From Dimorphilus gyrociliatus (taxonomy: Eukaryota > Animalia > Annelida), in contig CAJFCJ010000002.1 in NCBI GenBank assembly GCA_904063045.1, positions 2,661,891 to 2,725,890 on the forward strand: DNA of 64,000 bases, read 5' to 3'. The notes below the pieces were generated by a model, which made no database searches, had not been told where the DNA came from, and saw only the letters and a list, made by a program, of their open reading frames with translations. Each line of letters begins with the position of its first letter. The stretch's first letter is position 1. Below, piece by piece: positions 28,601 to 41,800 of this stretch. The translations under genes were made by a program, and so were the position numbers.

Positions 28601-31600
28601 TAGAAATCAAAGCTTTTCTAAGAGGAGAAAAGGGAAGACTTTATTTTTTGGCAAGCATTAATCAATTATATGTTTATTTTTCTGTTTACACTTCTATTTC
28701 GGTTCCACACCAGCATCCGATGACGTCAATAACAAAAAAAATCACGTGACGATACGAAATAATGGCTTATACATAAACGTTTTATTGTCTCTTGTATGCT
28801 TAGTAGATTACTAAACCATATAAAGAGATAGAGTGTATCGAAAAGAAGAGAAAGAATTTAAGAAACGAAACCGCGAGTTTAACTTACCATAAACATCCAT
28901 CTGTCGTAAATACTTGGCGCCGCCGTTCGCTTTTTTGCGTTTCGCCATGAGATAAACTCAGCATAAGAGATAAAACGGACCGATAAGGCCCAATCGTTCC
29001 GAAGAGCTTAGTTCGATCTACCTCAAAGAGCTGCCGTTCGGCAGCTGACTATGTTGAAAGTCTGCGGTCAATATGCGATTGCACAGCGCCACCAAGCGTC
29101 TAAACGTAATTCCCGACTCGGTCCGAAAAATGAGCGACGAAAGCATATTATAGTGTCAAATAACTCGCTAATTAATAAGAGTTCGCTTTTATAAATCAAA
29201 GTTTGGTTAATTTAATCTATCCGCTAAATGGTTCTAGGCTTAATTTTTTAAAGTAATATAAGGTTAATGATAAAAACCATATTAAGTGGAAGTACCCTAT
29301 CAGCAGTAGAAAAAGTAAAGAGAACACATTGGTTCTGGTAGGTCGTTCTGAACCTTGTCATTCAACCTACATGCTCGTGTTGGTTATTAGGCAATATTTC
29401 GTAAATTAATTTTTTAAAACGACCAATTTCTAAAATTTTTGACAATTGTTCCGTGTACTTCCCGTCATTAAATGTCCGATACCTATATGACAACCTTATC
29501 AACCGACCGTCTCTATCGACTAACAAACATTGGTTTCCTGATAAACAAGCATATGGCTGCTAAATACGGATAGCAATATATACGACTACGCCGCCATCTT
29601 GAAAATATACAGTCGGCTAAGCGAAGGCTGGAAATTAACTACGTTGTTTTTACCGAAATATTAATATCGACAAGACACCAACATGAATCCATAGTACAAT
29701 AGATAAGGATTCGCAAACCAACCTTAAAATCCTGTTAGCGTTCGATTTCACTGGTTTAGAGAAGAAAATTGCGGAGAGAACAGTGCAACGTGCTTGCTAG
29801 CCTGTCGTCTGCTGTGAGAAACCGCTGCTGCTGATAATTTATTCACCACGTGATCGAGGAAAAAGTGCCCGTATGATGGCGGATCTATTTCCCGCCAAAT
29901 TTTCCCTATTTTACTCAATTCTTTTTTATTTTAAATAGAGTATATATTAAGAGAAACTTAACGAAATTTTAATACGAATAAAGCGGTTATTCTATTAATG
30001 CAAAATCTAAATTTACAGCAATTTTCCAACTATAACAAATTACGAAATATTACCAATAAATTACATATAAGCATCAAATAATATTAATTTATATACTATA
30101 TTGATTTTACTTATTGTTTTGTAATAGTAATATTATTAGGTTCAAATTAATTTTAAATTAAAACAAATGTTACTTTTCTACTTTTACCTCCCCGAAGCGT
30201 TTCCAGATTTAATTAGTTTTTCTCCGATAGACTAATACGATATCCTTTTGCAGGTGGAATTTTCCAAAAATAGTTCCACATTAAAATTGCTCATTTCCTT
30301 TTAATAATTTATTTATACAAAGTGAAAGATTATAACTAGGATATAAAAAAAATAACAATTTCTAATTTTAGATATTAAATATCTTTCTATTGCGGAAAGA
30401 TTATTGATTTTTTTTGTCAAAGTAAAAATTATTTAATTAATAAAGAATCGTTAAATGATCAATTTTCTTGTTAAATATGACTTGTAGCCGTTTAAAAGTT
30501 AATATTACAAAAGTTGGCAAAACGTACACATCTTTTTGGGACAAATTTTTGGCTATGTAATTTCTATCTACCAAAACCATTTTTTTTCTTAAAAAAGGGA
30601 AGACTTATGGTTATTTTTTTTGTTTTTTTATATTAAATATTAAATTTACTGTTATTGTTTAAAAAATGAAATAAAAGCTACGTCCGTATCGTAAAAAATG
30701 ATATGTTCTCAATTTTTTCTTTCTTCGCGCCTGATTGGTCAGTTTCTCGCGTCGAATAGCGATTAACTTTTTAAAGGCGCTTTATTTTCGTTCGACCGAA
30801 TATAGTTCAATATTTAATATGTAGCAGTTAAATATATTTACAATTCGAATTGATACTGTTTGACGAGTATATTAAGAAAGAAAAAAAAAGAAAAGTAAAG
30901 ATATTCTATAATTGCGGTTTACATATTTGTAGAACAGCTATATCATCAAATATTGCGCTTTCTTGACATATAAGATGGACAAAATCGGATATTTGTTGCT
31001 TATAAGAAGGTGAAGTTTTGTAAATAAAATTGAAGGGTGAAATTTTATAAGATTTTTAATTTATATCTTTATGTTCGTGTCAGGGATAGTGAGAAGTAAA
31101 AGGAAGTGTCACTAAGGTTAAGTGTGTTGGGTAAACTTTAAAAAAGAAGCTTCTCCATTATGTCCAGTAATGGTGGCTTTCATAAGATGAATGCGGACAA
31201 AACAATTGTTCGATATTAATCATGAAATATTTATAATGTATACAAATGTATTTAGCAAATATGTTTGTACGGGTGGGTTTTTTGTGTGTTCTAGAAGACG
31301 TGACAATGATATTTGCCCCGTCGAAGAGGAAAAACGATATGTTTTCTTAAAAGAGATGTCAATTTTTTTCTTTTTGTCTTCTTCAAAAAATATATATAAT
31401 CTAATTAGCATATTCAATATTATTTTTCTAAAATTCACTTTCTTATGAAATATGAATTTCTCTTCGTATTTATTTACAGTTTCATAATATATTAACATTT
31501 TTTACTGTATAATTATATGACCTGATTTTAAGAGATTTTTTCAATTTTATTCAACCTTTTTTCTTTTCCATTCAATTATCTTTAGTTATTTAAAAGAGAA

Positions 31601-34600
31601 CTGAAAATGCGTAAAATCTAGTTGAGGCTACTGAATAACTATTGTATTACATATATTTTCCAATTTCTTATTACTATATATAAACAGCTATTATAATACA
31701 GTCGTTCTTTGCATGTTATAGTATATTCTTCCGATATAAAAGGGAACACTTGACACTATACAAAACCTTCTAGCATTCCATTATGGTTAATCCGTTCAGA
31801 TAGACGATTGTTGATTGATTGATTTAAGAGTTCGATTATTATCTGTCAATAAGATATATAATATTTTATAATCATAAATGTTAAATGTAAAAGCAATACA
31901 AATCTTATCCATTGATTTTTTTTCTTAAATAAAACAAAAACTGAACTTTATATATTTAAATAGAAAGGACATGAAAAATACTAAAGAAAATATTAAGATT
32001 ATTAATAGGGAAATTGTCAATAAAAAATCATTTTTATTAGTAGAATGAATGTTTTGAATAAGTGAATTAATTATTAGGAAAAATATAGATTGAATGAATA
32101 ACATGAGATCAATACTTCGATTTCTGATATCCTCTTCTTCTCTTTTTCACATGCCCCCCCCCCTCCCCTCCTTCTTTTCTTATAAATACACAAATATTAA
32201 TACATATATATATAAGTTATATGTATTCTCATTTAAATTAAAAATTGGCCTCTATGCATAATACATAATACTACATGTGATTTTTTTTTAATACTGTATC
32301 GTATAGAATATCGTTATTCTTGTCATAACATAACACTTCAAGTACAATTCCTTATGAAATAAAGAATTTTCCTTCACCATTATTTACTGATTTTTTGTTC
32401 AATGCATAATATATATATAGATATAAAGATAAATACATTCGAATATATAAATATGATATAACAAATTAAAAAAAGAGAGGCTTATCAGGAAGATATAAAT
32501 TTTTTTACTATTATTATCATTATTATACAATGCTATAGTTAGTTACGAGTTGTGTAATTTTTTTTTTTTGAAATAGGCCTTTTGAGAGAACGGGAAATTT
32601 GAGACGAAGATATATTTTTGCTTGTTTGAATGAGTCATAAATAGTTCTTTTCTTTTGAAAATTGATTTTAAAGATATTTCTTTCATCTTTTTTCCTTTTT
32701 ATAATAAATAATAAAACACTTGTTAAAACTTTTAGAATATTTTCATATAAAATTATGAAAAAGGGTTTTAAATAATAGAAATTGTTTAAGTTGATATATT
32801 GAAACAATTATATTTATTATTTAAAAGGTCATTCACTTTTCTTAAACTACTTTTATGTAAATATAGACTCTTTAAAAGAATATATTTGCATATGTATTAT
32901 ATATGGAAAGGAACAGAAAAATAGAATACGAAATTTCTCAAGTAGCTTAATCTCGAGAACTTTTCCTTTTTTGGCAATAAAAAAAAATTAATAGACTAAT
33001 TTAATTGGTTTTTCATTTTTAAATCAAATTAAATTTAGAAATATTCAAAAGAAATAATAAGTTTTTATATGGAAAATGAATGAATGTCATAAAACTTTTT
33101 TTTATATCTATCTATGTCAAATTTCTATAGTAGTTTTGTTCACCTTCTGTCTTTTTTTTCCCAGTGTGGGAATATTTTTTATACATTCAAATAGTGTATA
33201 TATATATATTTTAGTTAACCAAAAAATGAAAAATTAATTTTTAAAAAGCAAAAAAGGTTCTTTTGATAAAGAACTAATTAACTTTTTACCTTTCACTTTT
33301 ATTTTTTAACATTTTTTAGTGAACAGGTAAAGTGTATTCGTTATTTAAAAAAAAGATTAAAAACTTACTTTTTGTTTTATTAAAAAAACAAAGTTAATTA
33401 AAAATAATAATTATTAAAAAAAATTTTCAACTTTTTACATATTGGTTTAAACTTTTAACTTTTGGTTTAATGTTCTAAAATACTTAACTAATAGTTTTTG
33501 GTTTATATTTTGACATGGTATTACTTTTCATTGTTTTCATTAAAAACAACAATTGTCCTAATTCTTAAAAATTAAGTTTTTATAGTTAATGGTGTTTTTA
33601 TATCGAACATATATTGTAAATAATTTAATAACGACTAATATAAAGTATAAAACAAATCTATCGTACTATCTGCGAGAAAAGAATCTAAATAGTTTATATC
33701 AATAGGATAGTATTTTTTCTAAATCTATATTCATATATATATATATATATATATAATTTGCAATTAATGAAACTTATTTTATTGACAGATAACCTATCTG
33801 ATAAATTGTGAAAAGAGTAAAAGAGAAAGAGAGAAAAGGAAGAAATTTAAATTTTAATATATTTTTTTTTTATATAAAATTTAATTATTTCTTCCTTATT
33901 AAACATATTTGAAAATAAATAAATTGCTAATAAGTTTGTATCCGTTATAATACCCTTTGAATAAGCTTAAAAGGGACCGAAATATATGTACATATATATT
34001 TATATATAGCCTCTGGCAAACTCGCTGCAAACGACTAGTTGCAAAATATCGCATTGTCACGTGACCAACTCGTTTTACGCGTTTGTAGAAGGCCAATATT
34101 TTTCCGGCGGATGCTAGTTAGTATTGTTATTTTTTTTTCTTATAATTTGTTAGTTCTATTTGAGAATAATTAAAATAACGAGATATTTTTAAATACAAAA
34201 AATAACAAAATGGCAACTCTTTCAAGTGTTGAAAAATTTTTTTTTGTCTACTATCGATTTCAAAGTGTTGGGACTAGATAAGACTTCTTTTAATGGCAAT
34301 CTTTAAGTATAGGCTTACTTAACTAGAATTGGCTAAATAGAGCGGCTTACGAGCTTTATCATTGGGACCATAAATTACTCTCGAATATATTGCATACTAC
34401 AGATTATTTGGATAATTAAACTGGCGTAGCCAGTAGGAGGCCGGGGGTCTTTAGGAATTTTGTGTAATTATCATATTTATTTAATAATTAACCGCCGACT
34501 GACTGGTAAGGAGGCAAAGATCCCTCGGGAAAGGCGTCTTTCAACAATGCCGCACTTGGAGAATCAAAGCAAAAGGGGCTTTGATCAATGAATATCATGG

Positions 34601-37600
34601 TGCAGCACTTCGCCAAGCCCATATTCGTGATATATACTTTCTTTACGAATGACATACAGATATAGAGATATAAATGTCTGTATAAGTCCTTATTAAACGG
34701 AGACAGCGTTTTGCAAGCGTGTTAAGATTCAGTGAATATTCAAGATTTCATTTGTCACGTGACCGAGGAAAATTCCGCGCACGTTACTGCATATTCATAA
34801 GGGAGTAAGAGCGAGTGAAGGGAGCAGAGGAGGAATATAGCGGAATGTTGAGCACCGCCCGTCGAGACACGTGGCTGTTCGTACGGAAGAGTTCAGTTCT
34901 TTTTTCGGTGCCCTTGCCATTATCGAGCGAATGCGTGCGCGCAGCAAGCGTTTTCTCTGCTTTTCCCTACCCCACCCGTTTACTCTGCTGTAAAAATTTC
35001 CTTTGTCACGTGACTTTAATGCGGTACTTTATGCAGTCGTGTGGCTTATATTTTTCAACAGGGTTTGACGCATTGTCACGTGACATTTGCGCTGATGGCA
35101 GTGATACTTCGGTTTTGCTCTAGTGGTGCGCTATATTTGAAATAATAGATTATACGGAAAAAATTAGTGAACACGCGATATGCCCATCTTCACAATTGCT
35201 CATGATATAAAGCTAGTGCTAGGGAGGCTGCTGGCCTAGAATTGCATGAAATAGAAATACAGTACAATAGAGTAATCTTTGAAATAAGGGCAGTTGTTGC
35301 GTAATGATAAATGATGTGGAAAATTCGGATTAATGATTCAAACGCCTATATGAAAATAGACACCTATCGTTTTCGGGATGTTTATAAATCGATTCGAACC
35401 CTTTGTGTAAAGAGAATATGTTATTTCTCTAGTTGTAAACCAGGCCTACTGGTAGTCACGTGATTTATACAAGGTCACTCGCGGGTCATAGCGCCAGTAT
35501 ACCGCGCGTTGTCATGGTAACGTCATTGATTATAACAGCTTGCTGAGTTTGCGTGGCGCTTCTCTTTCTGATTCTTATATTCTATATATTCGTAAATATT
35601 TGCCATAGAAAAATAAAATTAGAGGTAGAAAATTACAGCTATTAATATATTTTGTAATTAGTTTATTATTAACGATGCGTTACTGTTACTCTCGGAAGAA
35701 AGTGTGTAGCATCTCTAACGTCACTCATTCTATGGTAGTGAATTATTCTATGGAAACAAACAGCGTCTAGATGCTTATTGTAGGCGTGAGCTCGCCCACA
35801 CGTTCACACGATTCCAGATGTATTCGCTTCGTATAAACATATATCTCAAATTTATTATGTGCATGAGGTGGAAATTTTAGGCTGCGCACGTGCTTATAGG
35901 CCTAGCTGTTTTTTTTTCTTCATGAAAGCATCTACAGAAAGGCAATTTTATAGTTCGTGTCAGTAGTTTATTAGTAAGAATAGGAGAGAAATAACTGATA
36001 GAATTAGCGACACTGCATATATATCCAATCCAATTCGGTTCACACGGGAATTATAATAGTAGACACTGCGGGGGTTTTTGAATAGGTCGAACTCGAGTTG
36101 CAAGCCTCTTGTTTGTTTTGGGCGTTTGTCGGTTTTATTGCATTTTTCCCGGTGAATAGAAGAAAAACGGGCTTGTTTGCTGTGGCGGCCGTTTTATTGC
36201 GACGCGGCTGTATACGCAGAGATTGAATTAGAGAGGGGTTCTTTCTAGGCGGATCGATTGTCGAGGCGGCGTGCATTATAAATCGGATTTAGACAAGATA
36301 GGATCGATAAATGGGACACGCCTACTGTTTGCTAAAGTCTCCCCTACTCCTCCCCCTCCTCTTGGACATTGAAGATATGGCTACGCCTCTTAAATTGTTT
36401 ATTCAATGTCTGAAACGAATTTATGTATGGAAGAACGGTGCGTTATCGGTAGAAAAACATAGAGCCATTATCATTGATAAACACTTTAAACAACTGAAGG
36501 TTATCAGTCTACCATCTGAATTTATTTAAACCGATATAACGGGGATTTAAACTCTGTCGAAGAAGCACCGTAATGAGGAAGCCGGAGAAGCGTCTACTCT
36601 CCAGTTGACCTCGCCAGTAACCCGCATGAATTATGCAAATGAACTCACGCAAGGAGATCAGTAATGCAAAGCCTCAGGCAAACATCAGCTGCAGTGCAGT
36701 GTTGCAGTTCATTACAGTGCACCTTTTTTCTTTACTAGCTCCCCATCGTCTCACACTCCCCTCTGGAGCGTACTGCAAATTTCATGCAACACTGATTTCG
36801 CGCAATGTCGCGCCTCATTATGTAAGGCAATTTTTTGAAAAACGCGAGTTTTATTTATTCTTACTGTTCCCATTATAAATTCTACATAGTTTAGCCCGCA
36901 TGTTTTCCATTTTCTTAATTGAAACCTTTATACTCTTCTTCCTAATAATAAGCCTATATCATATAACCACAAACAAAAAGCGATAGCTGTCGACTTAACG
37001 AAAAAATCATATATAAGGCTTATAGCCAGTTTCTATTATAGATGCTTCCCCCATTAAACTATTATTTATATACCGTAAAAACCGAAAAGGGATTAAAAAG
37101 TGATAAAAATGTCTTTCCTCGTTGGCCAAGAAGAAAAACCAGAGAGAGAAGTGGATTTAAACTCCGCACAAATAGGCCTAACTCTCACACTTAGGGCTAA
37201 AAGTATAAATGCCACTCTTATTCTTTTTTCTCTCAGCTACCGCCGCGTTCTCTTTTTTCGTTTTTTCTCCTGTTTTTATTTCCTCTTTTTCTCTTTTTTC
37301 GGCTTTCAGTTATTCTAAACTATATTAGGCCTATGAAATTGTGTAAAAGAAAGAGTAAACTAAACTTTACGCTTACACGCAAGCGCAGTTTCCTTTAACT
37401 CTCGCTCGAAGATTAGCACAAGATAAATTTCGGCCATCGACGAAAGAGAGCTGAGATTACTATTTGGTCTTTACGCCTCTCTTAGTTGGTAATAAGCTAG
37501 AGGGCATTAATAGAATACAATTATGAAATTATTGGTATTGAATTATATTTAGCTGAATAAATCAAGTATATTTGCAACAACATTCCTCAAGAAAAAGAAA

Positions 37601-38823
37601 AAACAATATATACAATGTACATTAATAAATAATATTTACACATATATATATAACGATTATGTAAAGAAGGACTATGCTTCATTTTTATATTGTATAGTAT
37701 AAATGTATATATAGAAAAATTTGGACACTAATACAAAATGCACCTGTTTTATACTATTCATTCATAAAAAACGATGTAGAAAAAAACGGTTTTATAAGAC
37801 TCTCACCAGTAGTATAAATACTTTAACAACAACAAAAAAATCGAAGAAAATGAATAAGCAAAAACAGGAGAATTTCATTTTGAAGGAATTGAATAAAGAG
37901 GAGATAAATTACTTTCGGAATGGATTTTTTTTCTCTTCTCATTCCATTCCCTCTAAAACCCAACGGATACAACGAAGCATTGAGAGAACGGCGAAGTGCC
38001 GAGAAGAATATCGATTAAATGCCACACGCAGAAGCCTTTTCCATAGACGCGAATAGATCGGGTCGATGTGAAAAGAACACAAACCAACGTAAAACAGACA
38101 GTACACTGTATATTTTTTGCAAATAAACAACAGTCGTGACGTGTTTGCCAATGTCAGAGGTCGTTTTCCGCGGAGGTGGTGGGTGTGAGGGGGGCCGAGC
38201 CGAGGTCGGCCGGGACCGTTATTTTTTTATCGCAAATTACGTAAATCGTTTTCGGGTATATGATTGTATTATACACACATAAGGGAGGTGTGGGCGGATG
38301 GAAAAAGAGAAAGCGGGTAGAGGAGAAAAAATCCACGCCCGAAACTAATTAGCCGTCTACCTGTCTCATTAGCAAAAGCGGCACGACTGTTCGATATATG
38401 CGTGTTATGTATACGTGCATTTAAAGGAAACCCTGTATAATATTACTCTTTTCTTTTTTTTTTTTAACTTATTGTTTTTATTACAAGAAAAAAAATTTTT
38501 TTTAGTCTTAACCAAAACTAAATACAATTTCCACAAGTATCAAATAATGAGACGAATCGTCACGAACTGATCTAGGCAGGTAATATTTACAGAGTCTTTA
38601 AAATTTTCTCATGATTCTAGTACGATTCTTAAAATCAATACTAAAAAAAAAGAAGAAGAAGAGAATTGTTTTATTCATACCAGAAACATCTTCTTTCCTT
38701 TTTGTTTTGTGTGTGTTTTTTTTTTCATTTTATACTTGAAGGCTTCCTATATTTTTTTTTTAAAATGAAAGAGAAAAACATGTGTAAAACCGCACAGGCA
38801 TGCACTCATTAACTGGAAAATCG

Positions 38824-41800
38824 TTAATGAGGCATAATAGATGGGCGTGGCACTGGTACGTTGAGCGGAATTGGAAAGCGAGCTTTAGATAAATCCAACG
38901 GAAAATGATTTCCGTACTGGGTCGTATTTGAGGTTTTACTGTCGGGCGTAACTGGGTGACCTTTGCATCTTCCAGTTTCATCGCTTCGGCAACAGACTTG
39001 CTGCCGGAGGGTAGTTACTGTTGGTGGATCGTTCACGACCATCACTGCTCCACCTGTCGTCGGCTGATCCTTATCCGGATGAGGCAAACCGGTAGATGGC
39101 GTTCCATTCAGACCTATTTGATAAATATAATAAATATTTTTATGCAACCACAAAAACCACTAATGTCCTCACAATGTAAATACATAAATATTACAAGAAA
39201 CCAAAACCGCAACTACCCTGGATAACCAGGGGGGCTGAGTGGGGGGAAAAAAGAGAAAGCAATTATTTTTGTGACGTAACAATTTTAAATCCTATTCTGA
39301 TATCCATAAAGCTTTCGATTATATAGTAAATATTCAGCTTTGGTACAAATTAAAAGTAGTTGGCTGTATAAGTGCCGGGCGTAGAAAGGTCTATACAGTT
39401 CAAGTAAAAAACTTGTGCGGTTAACAAAAAAGTAATTATTTACGAGTTCTACAGATTGTAATTTACAGCTTTCTCCACACAGTTCTGGCTTTTCGTAACT
39501 TGCTAGCTTCTGCACCTTAAACTTTACAATGTCGTAAAACAGTTTCCTTGGTTTATTGGCAGATAAATCATAGTACCGCCATCTGCTATCTTTTAAACGA
39601 TAACTTTCTGATGATGGATGGTAATAGTAATATGTTGAAATTTTTTACAACTAACAATAAGACGATACAAAGAAATGTATATATACTGTATATAATATAT
39701 ATTTATACATATAAAAGTTATAAACTAACCGTTATTACTTCCAGGGGAAGTTCCATTAGTAGTGCATTTGCTATTCTTGCTATGTAAACGCTCAACTACT
39801 TCGTTTAACCCCCTTATAGGCTTAGTAGGTGCCATAGATGCGGCAATTGGTGACTTTCGCTGTTCAGTTGGCGTCTTTGTTTGATTTGTTTTTTCTTCAG
39901 GTTTTGATAGATTACCTAAGTAAAATAAAAAAAAAAAAGATTACGTAATTAATTTACCACCCCTGAAAGGAAAATCATTGTAAAAAAGAAACTTACTACA
40001 TGCTTTCGATTCTTCCTTTTTCACCCTTTTTGGTGTTGGTGCCCTTGGCGTTTTGTTCTGCTGAAATATAAGAAATACAATGTATCAAATTGCCTTTCAC
40101 TTATAATCTCTTTTTTTCAATATCTACAAGTTTTCATCATCAAAGTGAATATATCTGTCGCTACACTTAATCATGTACCTCTTTTTAAAGCGTCCTAACT
40201 ACAAATTGGCAGAGTACAGCTGTCAGCTAAAGCACTTTGACGTTAATTAAAAATCTCTGGGGATCCGCAAAAGCATGTTCCATTTTTTTGAGATATTCCT
40301 GTCACTTAATATCGTGCTCAGGATATCTCCAGACGCAAAATATCTATAGCCAACAGAATCGCAAGTACAATTACTTGCCGTTCAAAGCGATTTTCCCGTA
40401 ATCATTTCCTGCTAGCGCCGCCTAGCGGAAGGCTCATATTCCATTCTACTCTTTACCGTAATACTTATCAACATAAGTCTTTCATGCGCAAAATTTTGAA
40501 AGAAATGATTATAAACTTACTGTTCTCTTCGGAGTTGACGGTCGGGGAATATTTTTATTGACAGTGGAAGGTGTTGACGGGAATAATGTTTGTGGCGGGG
40601 GTCTTAGTGCGGGTTTTGTTAACTGAGCTAATAAAACACTTGGTTTTTTCGCAGAATTCGGTGGTGATTTTAATATTTGACCATTCGGCCTTCCAACTGG
40701 TGTCTGTATATTTTCTGAGCCAGTGACACCTTTATTCTCCTTTTCACCACTATTATTTTCAGATGGTGAACCAGAACCCGCATCAATTCCTGAGTCAGAA
40801 TCCTTGACTTTCTCATCAATAGTTTTCATTTTTTTGGCAATTGGAGCAGATATCCCTTCACCCGCTTTCTCAACATTCTCAGATGCTCTCCGTATAGTTC
40901 CCTTGGCAACAATAGTACCTGTATTGACATAAACACCAAACTCCTGTGAAACAGTAGCTCCACAATGGTAGCATGGTCCATTTTTGTTTGGTCCTACAGC
41001 CTTTCTTCTTTCAAATTCAAGCAATAGTCTTCTCTCACCGTCATCTTTACTTGGCACCATATCCCTGAGATCAGCCAATGTCTGTTGAGGTCGACAATCT
41101 CTCGACCTGTGTGCGACCCTTATTTCAAATCGCCTCCTGCATATCTTAAGTTTACCCCGTAACCAGGCCATAAGGTGACCGACGCTCATCGATGCCGGAC
41201 AATAGAGGTAACGCTGCCAATCAGCCCCCTCACCCTTCTCCTTTATCTGTACCGACAGTCTCGCCGCCTCGCTATTCCGTGCGTTAGCGCCACTCAGCAG
41301 GCAATCTTTTTCGGCATCATCGGGATTACGTTCATTATAAAAGTCCCTTCGTCTTTTAATCTCCTTAGCCAACAGTCCGGGTACAAGCTTATAGACTAGA
41401 TCCTGTAGAGTTTTATCTTCCCTGATCATCAGTAGAGGCTTGGTTTCGTGAACTTTCTCTGAGCAAACCGGACAAAAAAGACTCTTCGACAAATGAGAAA
41501 CAATACAAGATCGGCAAACTGAAATCATAACAAATATTTGATATAATTAAAACCGAAAAATAAATAATTATTGTAATATTTGAATATTTAAATTATAGAT
41601 ATCCACCAATAAACGTTATATATTTAAATAAATTGACCTTTTTTTTCTTTTTTTAGTTTGTGTTTAAATAGTATTACCCTTGAGAAATTATTATTCAGCT
41701 CTTAATAAAAATAGAGTATAAAGAATAATGGGTAATTTATCACCAAAGCATCGCAAAAAGTGTGGATATCGCGCTGTGCTGTTAACATCTGTGAAATAGA

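Noticed and set aside
33200-33620. Extremely AT-rich tract with loose inverted similarity (possible MITE)
   Set aside because: No defined TIR or TSD; explained by low complexity.
34421-34433. CTGGCGTAGCCAG, reminiscent of GGCGTAGC-type termini of non-autonomous DNA elements
   Set aside because: Single occurrence with no matching opposite terminus in the window.
38584-38591. Pumilio-type UGUAAAUA in the PCGF-B 3' region
   Set aside because: The motif is too common in DNA this AT-rich to be informative without conservation data.
40723-41399. Plus-strand ORFs opposite PCGF-B (and similar ones at 19514, 19885, 58376, 58727, 63391, 3757, 9804, 13286)
   Set aside because: Antisense shadows of real coding exons.
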